DNA of 24,292 nucleotides from a virus (lineage: Duplodnaviria; Caudoviricetes), in IMG/VR virus record IMGVR_UViG_3300037461_000397, positions 1 to 24,292 of that record, one strand, 5' to 3'. The first letter of the stretch is position 1. The number at the start of each line of letters is the position of its first letter. Positions 1 to 7,639 of the stretch are shown piece after piece. Position numbers and translations under genes: made by a program. Below the pieces are notes generated by a model. It was given only the letters and a program-made list of their open reading frames with translations. It made no database searches and was not told where the DNA came from.

Positions 1-1
1 C

Positions 2-82
2 GAGTTTTCACGCACCAGAGGCCGAGTTATCGTTCCTGAATATGCAATATATGAAAATGGAATTAAAAGGAGGATCCAATGA
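2..82 (+). CDS. 3' end of a hypothetical protein truncated by the window edge
   Basis: Frame 2 is open from the edge (EFSRTRGRVIVPEYAIYENGIKRRIQ*); its TGA overlaps the ATG at 79 (ATGA coupling). Confidence 0.45.
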   Translation, partial: EFSRTRGRVIVPEYAIYENGIKRRIQ

Positions 83-273
83 ATAAATCAACCGAGGTGA
101 CGGTAAGTTTCAACACTCAATTCGATACCATAGAAATCAAGCGTAAAATCAAAGGGAATTCGCTCAGTGACATCGATGAAACTGTCCATGATATTTTAAT
201 CGACATCATCCACATGTACCGAGACGCGCGCTTGAACTGGGTGTATTTTTTTGAGGTTGAGGAAAAATTATGA
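79..273 (+). CDS. Small hypothetical phage protein (64 aa)
   Basis: Strong SD (AAGGAGG) upstream; its stop overlaps the next ATG. Confidence 0.7.
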   Translation: MNKSTEVTVSFNTQFDTIEIKRKIKGNSLSDIDETVHDILIDIIHMYRDARLNWVYFFEVEEKL

Positions 274-398
274 TTTTGGTTATATTAAAATTTATCACCA
301 TAATTCTGGCTATCACATTTGGGCCCTATTTATTTATAATAATGTTGGCCTTTATTGGCGCATTGACTGTCAAAAAAGACGATATCAAGGATGACTGA
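270..398 (+). CDS. Small membrane protein (42 aa, not in the ORF track)
   Basis: ATGA overlap with the upstream stop; MILVILKFITIILAITFGPYLFIIMLAFIGALTVKKDDIKDD is a long hydrophobic stretch with a charged tail. Confidence 0.6.
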   Translation: MILVILKFITIILAITFGPYLFIIMLAFIGALTVKKDDIKDD

Positions 399-400
399 TA

Positions 401-571
401 ATGCCCAAAATACAACAGATGCATGATGGCGGATACCGATATCAATGTGAGTGTGGGAAAATGGTCACGCTGTATTTAAAAACACCGGGGCCGCCATCCA
501 GGGCGATCAGGTGCTTCGATTGCATCAAAAAATCTGAGCAATGCGACATAATGGCCTATTTTAACGAATAA
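401..571 (+). CDS. Small Zn-ribbon-like protein (56 aa, not in the ORF track)
   Basis: Starts 2 nt after the previous stop; MPKIQQMHDGGYRYQCECGK...AIRCFDCIKK has CxC and CxxC knuckles. Confidence 0.6.
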   Translation: MPKIQQMHDGGYRYQCECGKMVTLYLKTPGPPSRAIRCFDCIKKSEQCDIMAYFNE

Positions 572-575
572 TTAT

Positions 576-604
576 TTGACTCTCTCTCAGTGCATTAATA
601 ATAT
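576..604 (+). promoter_or_regulatory. Putative sigma70-type promoter of the lipoprotein gene
   Basis: TTGACT (576-581), 17-nt spacer, TAATAT (599-604); GGAGG SD at 623-627 before ATG 633. Confidence 0.6.
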
Positions 605-632
605 ATAGTGATACGCTGAAACGGAGGACGCA

Positions 633-1706
633 ATGAAAAAAATATTTTTCCTTATTCTTGCAGTTGCCCTGTATGGCTGTGGCGACGGCGGCGGTGGCGC
701 ACAGGTCATTGTCACCGGATCAACCGATCCGGTGCCAGAGGGTGAGCCTGAAACCGGAGATGTCGTTCTCGCATTACGCACTGGGACTGCAATGAAATTC
801 TACGACGGATCCGTCGTCTGGTCTTGGAAAGACGAAACGGTCACCCGCGCTGAATCCCAGGTTTATTCCGCTCAAAACGTGTTATACTCATTGGACGCCG
901 GCGGAGAAACGGTAACGAGCAAAAACCTGGTCACCGTGCCTGATGGTGTATGTCTCGATGGCGCGAACACCTGGATCATCGAGCGGGTAAGCCCCGATGA
1001 GGCATATGCGCTCGGAGCTCAGGCAAAATGGTATACAAAGATTTTTAAAAATGCTGATGAATATGGTCACTGGTATGATCGCATGTTCTACACTGAGAAA
1101 ATAACGACTCTCGGAACAGACGTTTATTATCAAAAATCAGGTGGAACATGGTGGCATATTGACGGCACGAAAAATAATATCAACGTGCTCGTTGAAAACG
1201 GTTTCGTCGTCTGGGATTTTAACGCCACTTTAAGAACCGCGAAAATCGACGACGTGGCCGTGAGCTGGACAACGAACTATTTCAACAACGCCGACCACTG
1301 GCTAAAATCAGGGTCGAAGTGGTACAGTCACAACGGCTACACCTGGGACGGCGCAACTCTGGTGGAAAACGGATCGGTCATGACTGGGGTGCGGTCATAT
1401 CAAAACACGGTGATCCCCGCGGGAACGAGATACGAAAACGGCGAGGACGTGCTGTACTGGATAGATTGCAGGACAGGGTATGTCATCAGGCATGTCCCGA
1501 GCGTGAATCAAAAAATTGATTTTGTACGCCTTTATACAGGTGACGGAACGAATGAGACCGGTGTTTATTACCACTCACTGCTGTTGCCGGTTATCGCCGA
1601 TGATAATCTGTATTTCTTTTTCGACGCTCAGGTATACCGATATGATTTTATAACTGGGCTCGTGTCTCTGTTTACCAACGGAGTGAGCGAGGTTATGGAA
1701 TATTAA
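633..1706 (+). CDS. Putative lipoprotein, beta-rich (moron-like)
   Basis: Signal peptide MKKIFFLILAVA with lipobox LYG-C, a Gly/Pro-rich linker, and an aromatic, beta-strand-rich body; has its own SD, promoter and terminator. Confidence 0.85.
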   Translation: MKKIFFLILAVALYGCGDGGGGAQVIVTGSTDPVPEGEPETGDVVLALRTGTAMKFYDGSVVWSWKDETVTRAESQVYSAQNVLYSLDAGGETVTSKNLVTVPDGVCLDGANTWIIERVSPDEAYALGAQAKWYTKIFKNADEYGHWYDRMFYTEKITTLGTDVYYQKSGGTWWHIDGTKNNINVLVENGFVVWDFNATLRTAKIDDVAVSWTTNYFNNADHWLKSGSKWYSHNGYTWDGATLVENGSVMTGVRSYQNTVIPAGTRYENGEDVLYWIDCRTGYVIRHVPSVNQKIDFVRLYTGDGTNETGVYYHSLLLPVIADDNLYFFFDAQVYRYDFITGLVSLFTNGVSEVMEY

Positions 1707-1714
1707 ACGCGGCA

Positions 1715-1774
1715 GGCAAGGATTGACACGACGCGGACAGGCTGGGAGGCGAGAGGCGCGGCAAGGCACGGCAT
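1715..1774 (+). repeat. Degenerate pentanucleotide-periodic tract (GGCNN-like, 12 units)
   Basis: ggcaa ggatt gacac gacgc ggaca ggctg ggagg cgaga ggcgc ggcaa ggcac ggcat: 11 of 12 units start with G, 9 with GG. Confidence 0.7.
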
Positions 1775-1776
1775 AG

Positions 1777-1814
1777 AAAATAAAAGCCGGGGCAATCACC
1801 CCGGCTTTTATTTT
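1777..1814. terminator. Bidirectional intrinsic terminator
   Basis: Perfect 16-bp inverted repeat AAAATAAAAGCCGGGG-caatca-CCCCGGCTTTTATTTT between convergent genes, with T-rich tails on both strands. Confidence 0.92.
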
Positions 1815-2635
1815 TACGAGTATTTCAACTCGATTCTTGACGTTTCTTCGGCCATCCAGTCCTTGGCTTTTTTGAGCGCCTGACTGTCTCCCTGGACTTC
1901 AAGTTTGTTTTTCATGATCCCCGCCTGTACTGCTGCTGATTCGAGTGCTGCTGTTCGTTCAGCATTTTTCGCTGACGTTGACAGCGCGGCAACGCGTTCA
2001 TCCTCGATCTGTTCCGCAATTTCCGCCTGCTGCTCTGCGGTCAGGTTCTTTTCATGAATCGCTCCTGACGGTATCTTTTCACCGAGCGCGGTTATTTCAG
2101 TTTTTACCCACGTTCCCGATGATTTTTTCCAGAACTTTTTTCCGCGGTCATCTTGAACTTTCTGTTTTTCAACAGTCACAAGCTGTCCTGCCTCGGACGC
2201 CTCAGCCATAAGGGTGAAGATTTCCTCGGCATCTGTGTCGCTGATGTATTCATTCCCGGGCTGTTGCGAAAAGTATTCCGCGTTTTCAATGATCATTTCG
2301 GCATATTTATTCTTGAATTCTGCAGCCAGCGGGAGCAGCTGTTTTTCAAGTTCCTTCATTTGGCCCTGCCGTTCGGTAAATTCGTCCCAGTATTTTTTCC
2401 ACTCTTTGTCATTGCGCCGTTTTGCATCGACAGCGTTCTTTCTCGCCTGGATTGCCTGCCCGGCATATGCCTGCATCTGGTTTTTGATCTTATCGATTTT
2501 ACCGTATACCTCTGTTTTTTCAATGAGGCATGAAACTTTCTTTTTCGTCGCTTCAGGATCGATCAGCCCTGTCGCGTTGTGAATTCCTGTAATGATGTTA
2601 TATCCGTCGATCGTTTCAATTTTTATAGTGTGCAT
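1814..2635 (-). CDS. Coiled-coil protein downstream of the tail fibre (possible fibre assembly or accessory protein)
   Basis: 273 aa, K/E/A/Q-rich helical sequence, AGGAG SD, last gene of the late operon; function inferred from position only. Confidence 0.6.
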   Translation of the reverse strand: MHTIKIETIDGYNIITGIHNATGLIDPEATKKKVSCLIEKTEVYGKIDKIKNQMQAYAGQAIQARKNAVDAKRRNDKEWKKYWDEFTERQGQMKELEKQLLPLAAEFKNKYAEMIIENAEYFSQQPGNEYISDTDAEEIFTLMAEASEAGQLVTVEKQKVQDDRGKKFWKKSSGTWVKTEITALGEKIPSGAIHEKNLTAEQQAEIAEQIEDERVAALSTSAKNAERTAALESAAVQAGIMKNKLEVQGDSQALKKAKDWMAEETSRIELKYS

Positions 2636-2643
2636 GTGTCCTC

Positions 2644-3411
2644 CTAATATGTAATCCCGTAATTATGGCCCATGGATGATACGCGGGTGTATGTGCCGGT
2701 CCGCGGAGTTCCGTTGACGCCGTCTGAAATTGGGATCGTAACGATAGTGTCATCAGTACCTCCCCCTGCATGATCAGACATGTTTTCTGCTCCTCCTGCT
2801 GCAGATGTTCTGTTGACTGCAACCACTGACCTGTGATAATGACCCTGCATCTGGTCTTCTTGAACCTGGCCAAGGCTTGTTGGTCCAGCCTTCGCCCTTG
2901 TATTCACCGTCGCTGTACCGAGCATTATTGGAACGAGACCTCTATGGTCAGGTAAAACCAGATATGTGCCAGCAGTATCCCTGGTTGTCCCACCAGCGTC
3001 TGATGTCTTATAAAAGGCTGGAGCTGTTCCATTATTCGCGTCACCGCAATAAACAGCTGCTGTTAGGAGAGGGTAGGTCGCAATTAAAATAACCTGTCCT
3101 TGCAATAATAACACCCGATCACCGTGTGCAGCTGGGGTGTCGTTTTTCCAATAATCAACGCCAATACCAGGGCCGACGCCGAACCCCTTACCGATGGCCT
3201 CAATTATCTGTGCCGTGTCTGGGGCCTCCTGCACGCCATCTGGGGTGAGGCCTGCGTAGTCCATGAGCGCCTGAGCGCGTCCCCAGATATCGTTTACGAG
3301 CGCCGCGACAAATTCTGTCCCATCGCCTGCACCTGGGGCAGAAACATTCACTGCCTCGATGTCGGGAAATACTCCTGAATAATTGGTAAATACTGCCGCA
3401 TAATCTATCAT
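2644..3411 (-). CDS. Short tail fibre / tail-collar domain protein
   Basis: Fibre-type N-terminal segment (DTAQIIEAI), collar-like LVLPDHRG, GQVQEDQMQGHYH and a C-terminal GTPRTGTYTR...YGITY; follows gp47/gp48-like genes. Confidence 0.8.
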   Translation of the reverse strand: MIDYAAVFTNYSGVFPDIEAVNVSAPGAGDGTEFVAALVNDIWGRAQALMDYAGLTPDGVQEAPDTAQIIEAIGKGFGVGPGIGVDYWKNDTPAAHGDRVLLLQGQVILIATYPLLTAAVYCGDANNGTAPAFYKTSDAGGTTRDTAGTYLVLPDHRGLVPIMLGTATVNTRAKAGPTSLGQVQEDQMQGHYHRSVVAVNRTSAAGGAENMSDHAGGGTDDTIVTIPISDGVNGTPRTGTYTRVSSMGHNYGITY

Positions 3412-3420
3412 TCTATCCTC

Positions 3421-4224
3421 CTATTGATAAACAACGATAAGGCCAGCCCACGAGCACATGGGCTTATGTCTTAAAATAATTCTTCTAAACTCAAGCCGCC
3501 GCCCTGTTGGGATGGGTGCAATTTCGATGTCTGTGATTTCACCAGTTACCGGGTCACGGGTTGCCGCTCCTCCGACGAAAAATATCAAAGGCCAATATCC
3601 AGCTATTGTTGGGATTTCATATTCGATCAAAAACAGTCTTATGCTATCATATTGCCCACAGAGCGCGTCGGCCTCACCACATTGTGCGAGTGGCTCATCG
3701 CATAGGCATGTATAATTCGGTTCTTGCTCGAAGAATTCACCGTTCACGAGCAGCTCACCACCAACCTGCGCACATATTGCCTCGGCCTCACCACACTGGG
3801 CGTCGTTTCCTCCCGGGAGGAGATCGCCGCATACCATATTAAACGCCTGGGCCAGAAATATCGCCGGATCAACCGCTGGAGAGTTTGCATGGACATAAAC
3901 GTCAAAACCGGATGCGCGAAGTTTTTCCTCAAGAAGTTCATATGTCGGTTGTTCGGCACGCCTGAACATTGCCAGCGCAAGCCGCTCACGCCGCTCTTCC
4001 TCTGTCGCTACCAGAAGCGGTATTACTCCAAGTTCCCGCTCTAAATCTGACAATATCGGCGTCCGAGCCGGATCCCTGAGAGTACGCAGCGCGTCAAGAT
4101 CGGCCCTGATGGCCTCGGTATTTGCTGCGATGCCGTCCATGAAAAGGTCGTAGTCATCGCCGGATACCGGCACCCAGAATGAGCCATCCGGCCACAGTGC
4201 GTTGAGTACGTCACGGCTAAACAT
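3421..4224 (-). CDS. Baseplate wedge protein, Mu gp48/YmfQ-like, with a Cys-rich insertion
   Basis: LNALWPDG..W, DPARTPILSDLERELG, EERRERL and a C-terminal LRHKP motif; overlaps the end of the baseplate J gene. Confidence 0.8.
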   Translation of the reverse strand: MFSRDVLNALWPDGSFWVPVSGDDYDLFMDGIAANTEAIRADLDALRTLRDPARTPILSDLERELGVIPLLVATEEERRERLALAMFRRAEQPTYELLEEKLRASGFDVYVHANSPAVDPAIFLAQAFNMVCGDLLPGGNDAQCGEAEAICAQVGGELLVNGEFFEQEPNYTCLCDEPLAQCGEADALCGQYDSIRLFLIEYEIPTIAGYWPLIFFVGGAATRDPVTGEITDIEIAPIPTGRRLEFRRIILRHKPMCSWAGLIVVYQ

Positions 4225-5392
4225 ACGTGACGCCTCCTAGCTTTGTCAGTTCTCCTGGGTTCAGCAAATACAGAGGGATTGCCACGCCGACGACAAGGCC
4301 GAAAACAACAGTTTCAGCGTTTGCACCATATGCCCTTAAAACGTCCTGGACTATTTCAGAGACGGTGAGGTTTGTGATGGTATCACACCGCTCCTGTACG
4401 ACATCAACGCCGTCAACAAACGGCGCAATTGATCGGAAATACAATTCAAGCGCGTCAGAAATATCAGCCTTGCATGCAGCCTCTTTGTCGGCCTCTACAT
4501 CCAAATCCTCTATTTCAACAAAAATTGACGTCCTTATTATAGGCTCTATGAATAACGTGTCATCTGTCAGGCCAAGAATAACCCTGCTTTCTCCGGTAAT
4601 CGGATCATAGTTTATTGCGTCGCGCACGTCGCCAAGAAGGTCAACCGGAGGTATTCCGTCGGCGTCAATCGTCGTGACGCACTCAATGTAAACAGTGCGG
4701 TCTCCTGGGAACGATACACCCTCATCCGCTGGTCGCCCAGAATAGGGAAACGCTCGCCTGACGCCCGTGACAGCCTCGGCCCATATTTTGTGGTCGGTGG
4801 CGTTGCTTCCACCGGTTACGGCGCGCTGTGCAAATAATACCCGCGGCCTATAATCTGCATCGGTTTCCTGGTCAACCCCAAGTGTCGTCGTTGCTGTAAC
4901 CGTCGCCACGGTGGACGCACCTGCTATCTGTGACGATATTGATAATGTCGATCCATTGTCAAGGTTTCCGGTTGTTCCGGTTTCCATCGATCGTATTGAT
5001 AACGTGGCAATGTTTGCCACTGCCGTGGCCTCTGCCGTTGTTTTATATCTCACGCCAGAGTCATCGCTGGTAAACTCAGTTCCGAGAGGAATTACCGTTC
5101 CGGTTGTTGCTGGAAGCGTCGCCGTGAGAATCGCAGTAACCGCCTGTTTTCTCGGCGTGCTGTTATCATTTCCGATTCTGTCAAGGCCATCGCCTGTCGC
5201 TGTCAATGCGAGATTTTGCAGGGCCGCATCTGCGGCATATTTATAATGACCGATATCAAGACCGGCCTCAGCCGCAGCAAGCACGCGAAGAAACGCCTTG
5301 GCATTTGATGGGGCAGTCTGTCCGATTGATGCTTCCAGTCGCGCCAGATGTGCAGCGTATAATTCAGCGGTTGTCGGGATTGAATATGCCAT
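4217..5392 (-). CDS. Baseplate J / Mu gp47 family protein
   Basis: TATGDGLDRIG, TVIPLGTEF, TGTTGNL, GVDQETDADYRPRV, GGSNATDHKIWA and VTGVRRAF are typical Baseplate_J motifs. Confidence 0.95.
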   Translation of the reverse strand: MAYSIPTTAELYAAHLARLEASIGQTAPSNAKAFLRVLAAAEAGLDIGHYKYAADAALQNLALTATGDGLDRIGNDNSTPRKQAVTAILTATLPATTGTVIPLGTEFTSDDSGVRYKTTAEATAVANIATLSIRSMETGTTGNLDNGSTLSISSQIAGASTVATVTATTTLGVDQETDADYRPRVLFAQRAVTGGSNATDHKIWAEAVTGVRRAFPYSGRPADEGVSFPGDRTVYIECVTTIDADGIPPVDLLGDVRDAINYDPITGESRVILGLTDDTLFIEPIIRTSIFVEIEDLDVEADKEAACKADISDALELYFRSIAPFVDGVDVVQERCDTITNLTVSEIVQDVLRAYGANAETVVFGLVVGVAIPLYLLNPGELTKLGGVTYV

Positions 5393-5838
5393 TATAACCT
5401 CTCATTGGCCGGGTAGGTGGCCTGCATTATCCAGTTGATGCCATTTTTTAAAAACAACAGCTTTGCGGAATCACGTCCTGGGGGCCGGATAATTACAGAC
5501 GTGTGGATCTGGTTTAAATATGGATTTAAAACGGTCACATCGATTGATTCTGCCAGGCGTGACGATATCATCCACCGCATGGCAACGCGGGCATCGTCGG
5601 CGTAATCGTTTATGGTCTGAACATCAACAATGGTCCTTATCTGCTCGAAATTTGACCCGATTTTCTGTTCATCCTCAGTGAGCAGCACGTTTCCCCACCA
5701 TCCCGGTTTTGTGAATAACGACATCTGAACGGCATTCTCGAATCCTTGATCCATAACAGGCTGGCCGCCTTTGAACGTCATCGACGCGCCGCCCTCGGTG
5801 ATCTTTACAGCTGGGTCGCCTTGAAATCTATCCATCAT
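5392..5838 (-). CDS. Mu gp46-like baseplate protein
   Basis: FENAVQMSLFT..GWWGN...IGS and AMRWMISSRLAESIDV match the gp46 pattern; lies between the spike and J genes. Confidence 0.88.
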   Translation of the reverse strand: MMDRFQGDPAVKITEGGASMTFKGGQPVMDQGFENAVQMSLFTKPGWWGNVLLTEDEQKIGSNFEQIRTIVDVQTINDYADDARVAMRWMISSRLAESIDVTVLNPYLNQIHTSVIIRPPGRDSAKLLFLKNGINWIMQATYPANERL

Positions 5839-6386
5839 GGGATTTTTACCGTTCCTGATTCTGCAAGTGATATATCGAGCGTGATGCCTGGGTTTGCCCC
5901 GGCCGCGTCTGCCTTTGTTGCGAATGCAGCGTTGATAGCGGTAACGAGCAGCTGTAAAGCATTATTTAAGGCTGTATAGCTCACCGCTGACTCAGTGCCT
6001 GAATTATGCACAACGTCACCGCTGTTTAATATTTCGAGTTTCGCGCCGCCGTCTGCATCATGAATGATATCACCGTCTGAATTCCAGAGGGTGCGTGCCT
6101 TTTTCGCCGACACGGGGTTGTCGGTGCTGTAAATTTCTTTTTCCCCGGGATCGCACTCAGGGGCGAGATCATCGGTCACCGCAATGGCGAGCTTATGGGA
6201 CGGCGTGATGTCTATAACGACGACGCGGCACCCGTTCGCCGGGTTTGTGTCCTCTCCGGCCTGACCGACCATTTCGACGGTCCTGACATCATCCTCCATC
6301 ATGTTCACCTGGAGGATAATCCTCGTGGCGTTTCCGTCCCTGTTGGTAGTGATCTGCCTGTTCGTTATTATTCCAAGTTTGCTCAT
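5835..6386 (-). CDS. Baseplate spike / assembly protein (Mu gp45-like)
   Basis: TNPANGCRVVV and PGEKEIYS motifs followed by beta-strand repeats; ATG 6386 overlaps the upstream TGA (the track's start at 6395 is the alternative). Confidence 0.82.
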   Translation of the reverse strand: MSKLGIITNRQITTNRDGNATRIILQVNMMEDDVRTVEMVGQAGEDTNPANGCRVVVIDITPSHKLAIAVTDDLAPECDPGEKEIYSTDNPVSAKKARTLWNSDGDIIHDADGGAKLEILNSGDVVHNSGTESAVSYTALNNALQLLVTAINAAFATKADAAGANPGITLDISLAESGTVKIP

Positions 6387-7639
6387 TGCAGCCATGGCTC
6401 CTGAATTTCAGGATCTGTTGAGTATGCCGAAGGCGGTTTCAATTCAAGCGTCGCCGTTGTTCCGTTTGCGGCATATTTCAGCTCTACCCGTGAAATTAAA
6501 AACGTGAACCCATCAGATAATCCGATGGTGTCGCTCACGACGGTGACGCGGGTGTTCGGCATCCACAGTCTGCCGTCTGGCCCGTACCATGAATTTACCG
6601 GGAACGGTATCGACAGTGCATCAGCAGCCGCCTTGTTTTTCCTCCATGCGGCGGCGTTCGGCGCCTCCCCTGGGAGGTTGTCGTCAGCGGTAAACGTGAG
6701 TTTTCGCGGGGGTGTCACCACGTCATCCTGTGCGGTCCCTGCCGCTGCGGCCCTGCCTGTCCTTGAAGATGAGGCAATGGCGCGGTAATATTTCCATCGC
6801 TCTCTCCCGGTGAATTTTATCTCATAGGATTCGGCCATCGGGTTCACGTCCTCAATGGTTCCCAGCGGGTTACCGGCGATGTTCGGGGCGACGATCAACA
6901 GGTTCCCGTGCTTTGTGCATGACAGCAGATATCCTCGCTGCTGTGCAAGCTTCAGCAGGTGCTCGAATATCGTGTCGGTCTGTTCTGCGGACACCCTGGG
7001 GAACCGGTATTCCCGGCGCGCCTGTACGAGCGGGTCGATACTGTATGTTCCATCTGGATTCAAGCGAAAACGAAACGATGGCGTTTGATATACCTGGCCC
7101 ACAACGATATCACCAGCGCGGCCCATGGCGAGACGCTGGGCGTCGGAAATGTCGGTTATCCGGCGATAATTCAACCACCTATTCGCAGCCACGAGAGTTG
7201 GCACGGTAAGATCGACGCCATTTCCTATTTCAACGTCGATGCCGAACGGTTCGCATTGCTGGCGGCAACGGTCTGACAGGGTGATATTATTCGCTTCATA
7301 AGGCGGCGAAACTGATGAGTCGACCAGGTCGGCAGTCCGTGAAAATATTTCGAGTTCTTTTATTATTCCGTCATTTTTTTTGCGCTGTGAAACGTTGTAA
7401 AGCACCCCATCCATTTCGAGGTCGTTCCCGATGTAGATCTGACAATCCTGATACCCGAACGGCCTGAGCGCATAATCAAGGCCTGGATCAAAACCGGGCT
7501 CCCATGGGACTGTCGCAGTGAAGGCGTCGGCGATGGTGTCCATAGTCCTGAGCAGTTTCCCGGAATCGATGATAATTTCGCGGCCCTCCACGATAAGTGT
7601 CATCTGGTCTGGAAATTTCCCAGACAGGCTATCCAACAT
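6383..7639 (-). CDS. Baseplate hub protein (Mu gpP/gp44-like)
   Basis: IADAFT, SRTADLVDSS, TIFEHLLKLAQQRG, GNLLI and GRLWMPNTRVTV motifs; start moved to ATG 7639, which has a GGGAGG SD. Confidence 0.9.
   Translation of the reverse strand: MLDSLSGKFPDQMTLIVEGREIIIDSGKLLRTMDTIADAFTATVPWEPGFDPGLDYALRPFGYQDCQIYIGNDLEMDGVLYNVSQRKKNDGIIKELEIFSRTADLVDSSVSPPYEANNITLSDRCRQQCEPFGIDVEIGNGVDLTVPTLVAANRWLNYRRITDISDAQRLAMGRAGDIVVGQVYQTPSFRFRLNPDGTYSIDPLVQARREYRFPRVSAEQTDTIFEHLLKLAQQRGYLLSCTKHGNLLIVAPNIAGNPLGTIEDVNPMAESYEIKFTGRERWKYYRAIASSSRTGRAAAAGTAQDDVVTPPRKLTFTADDNLPGEAPNAAAWRKNKAAADALSIPFPVNSWYGPDGRLWMPNTRVTVVSDTIGLSDGFTFLISRVELKYAANGTTATLELKPPSAYSTDPEIQEPWLQ

Noticed and set aside
1715-1774. CRISPR array or DGR repeat
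   Set aside because: No repeat-spacer structure, no cas or reverse transcriptase gene, and no TR/VR pair differing at adenines was seen.
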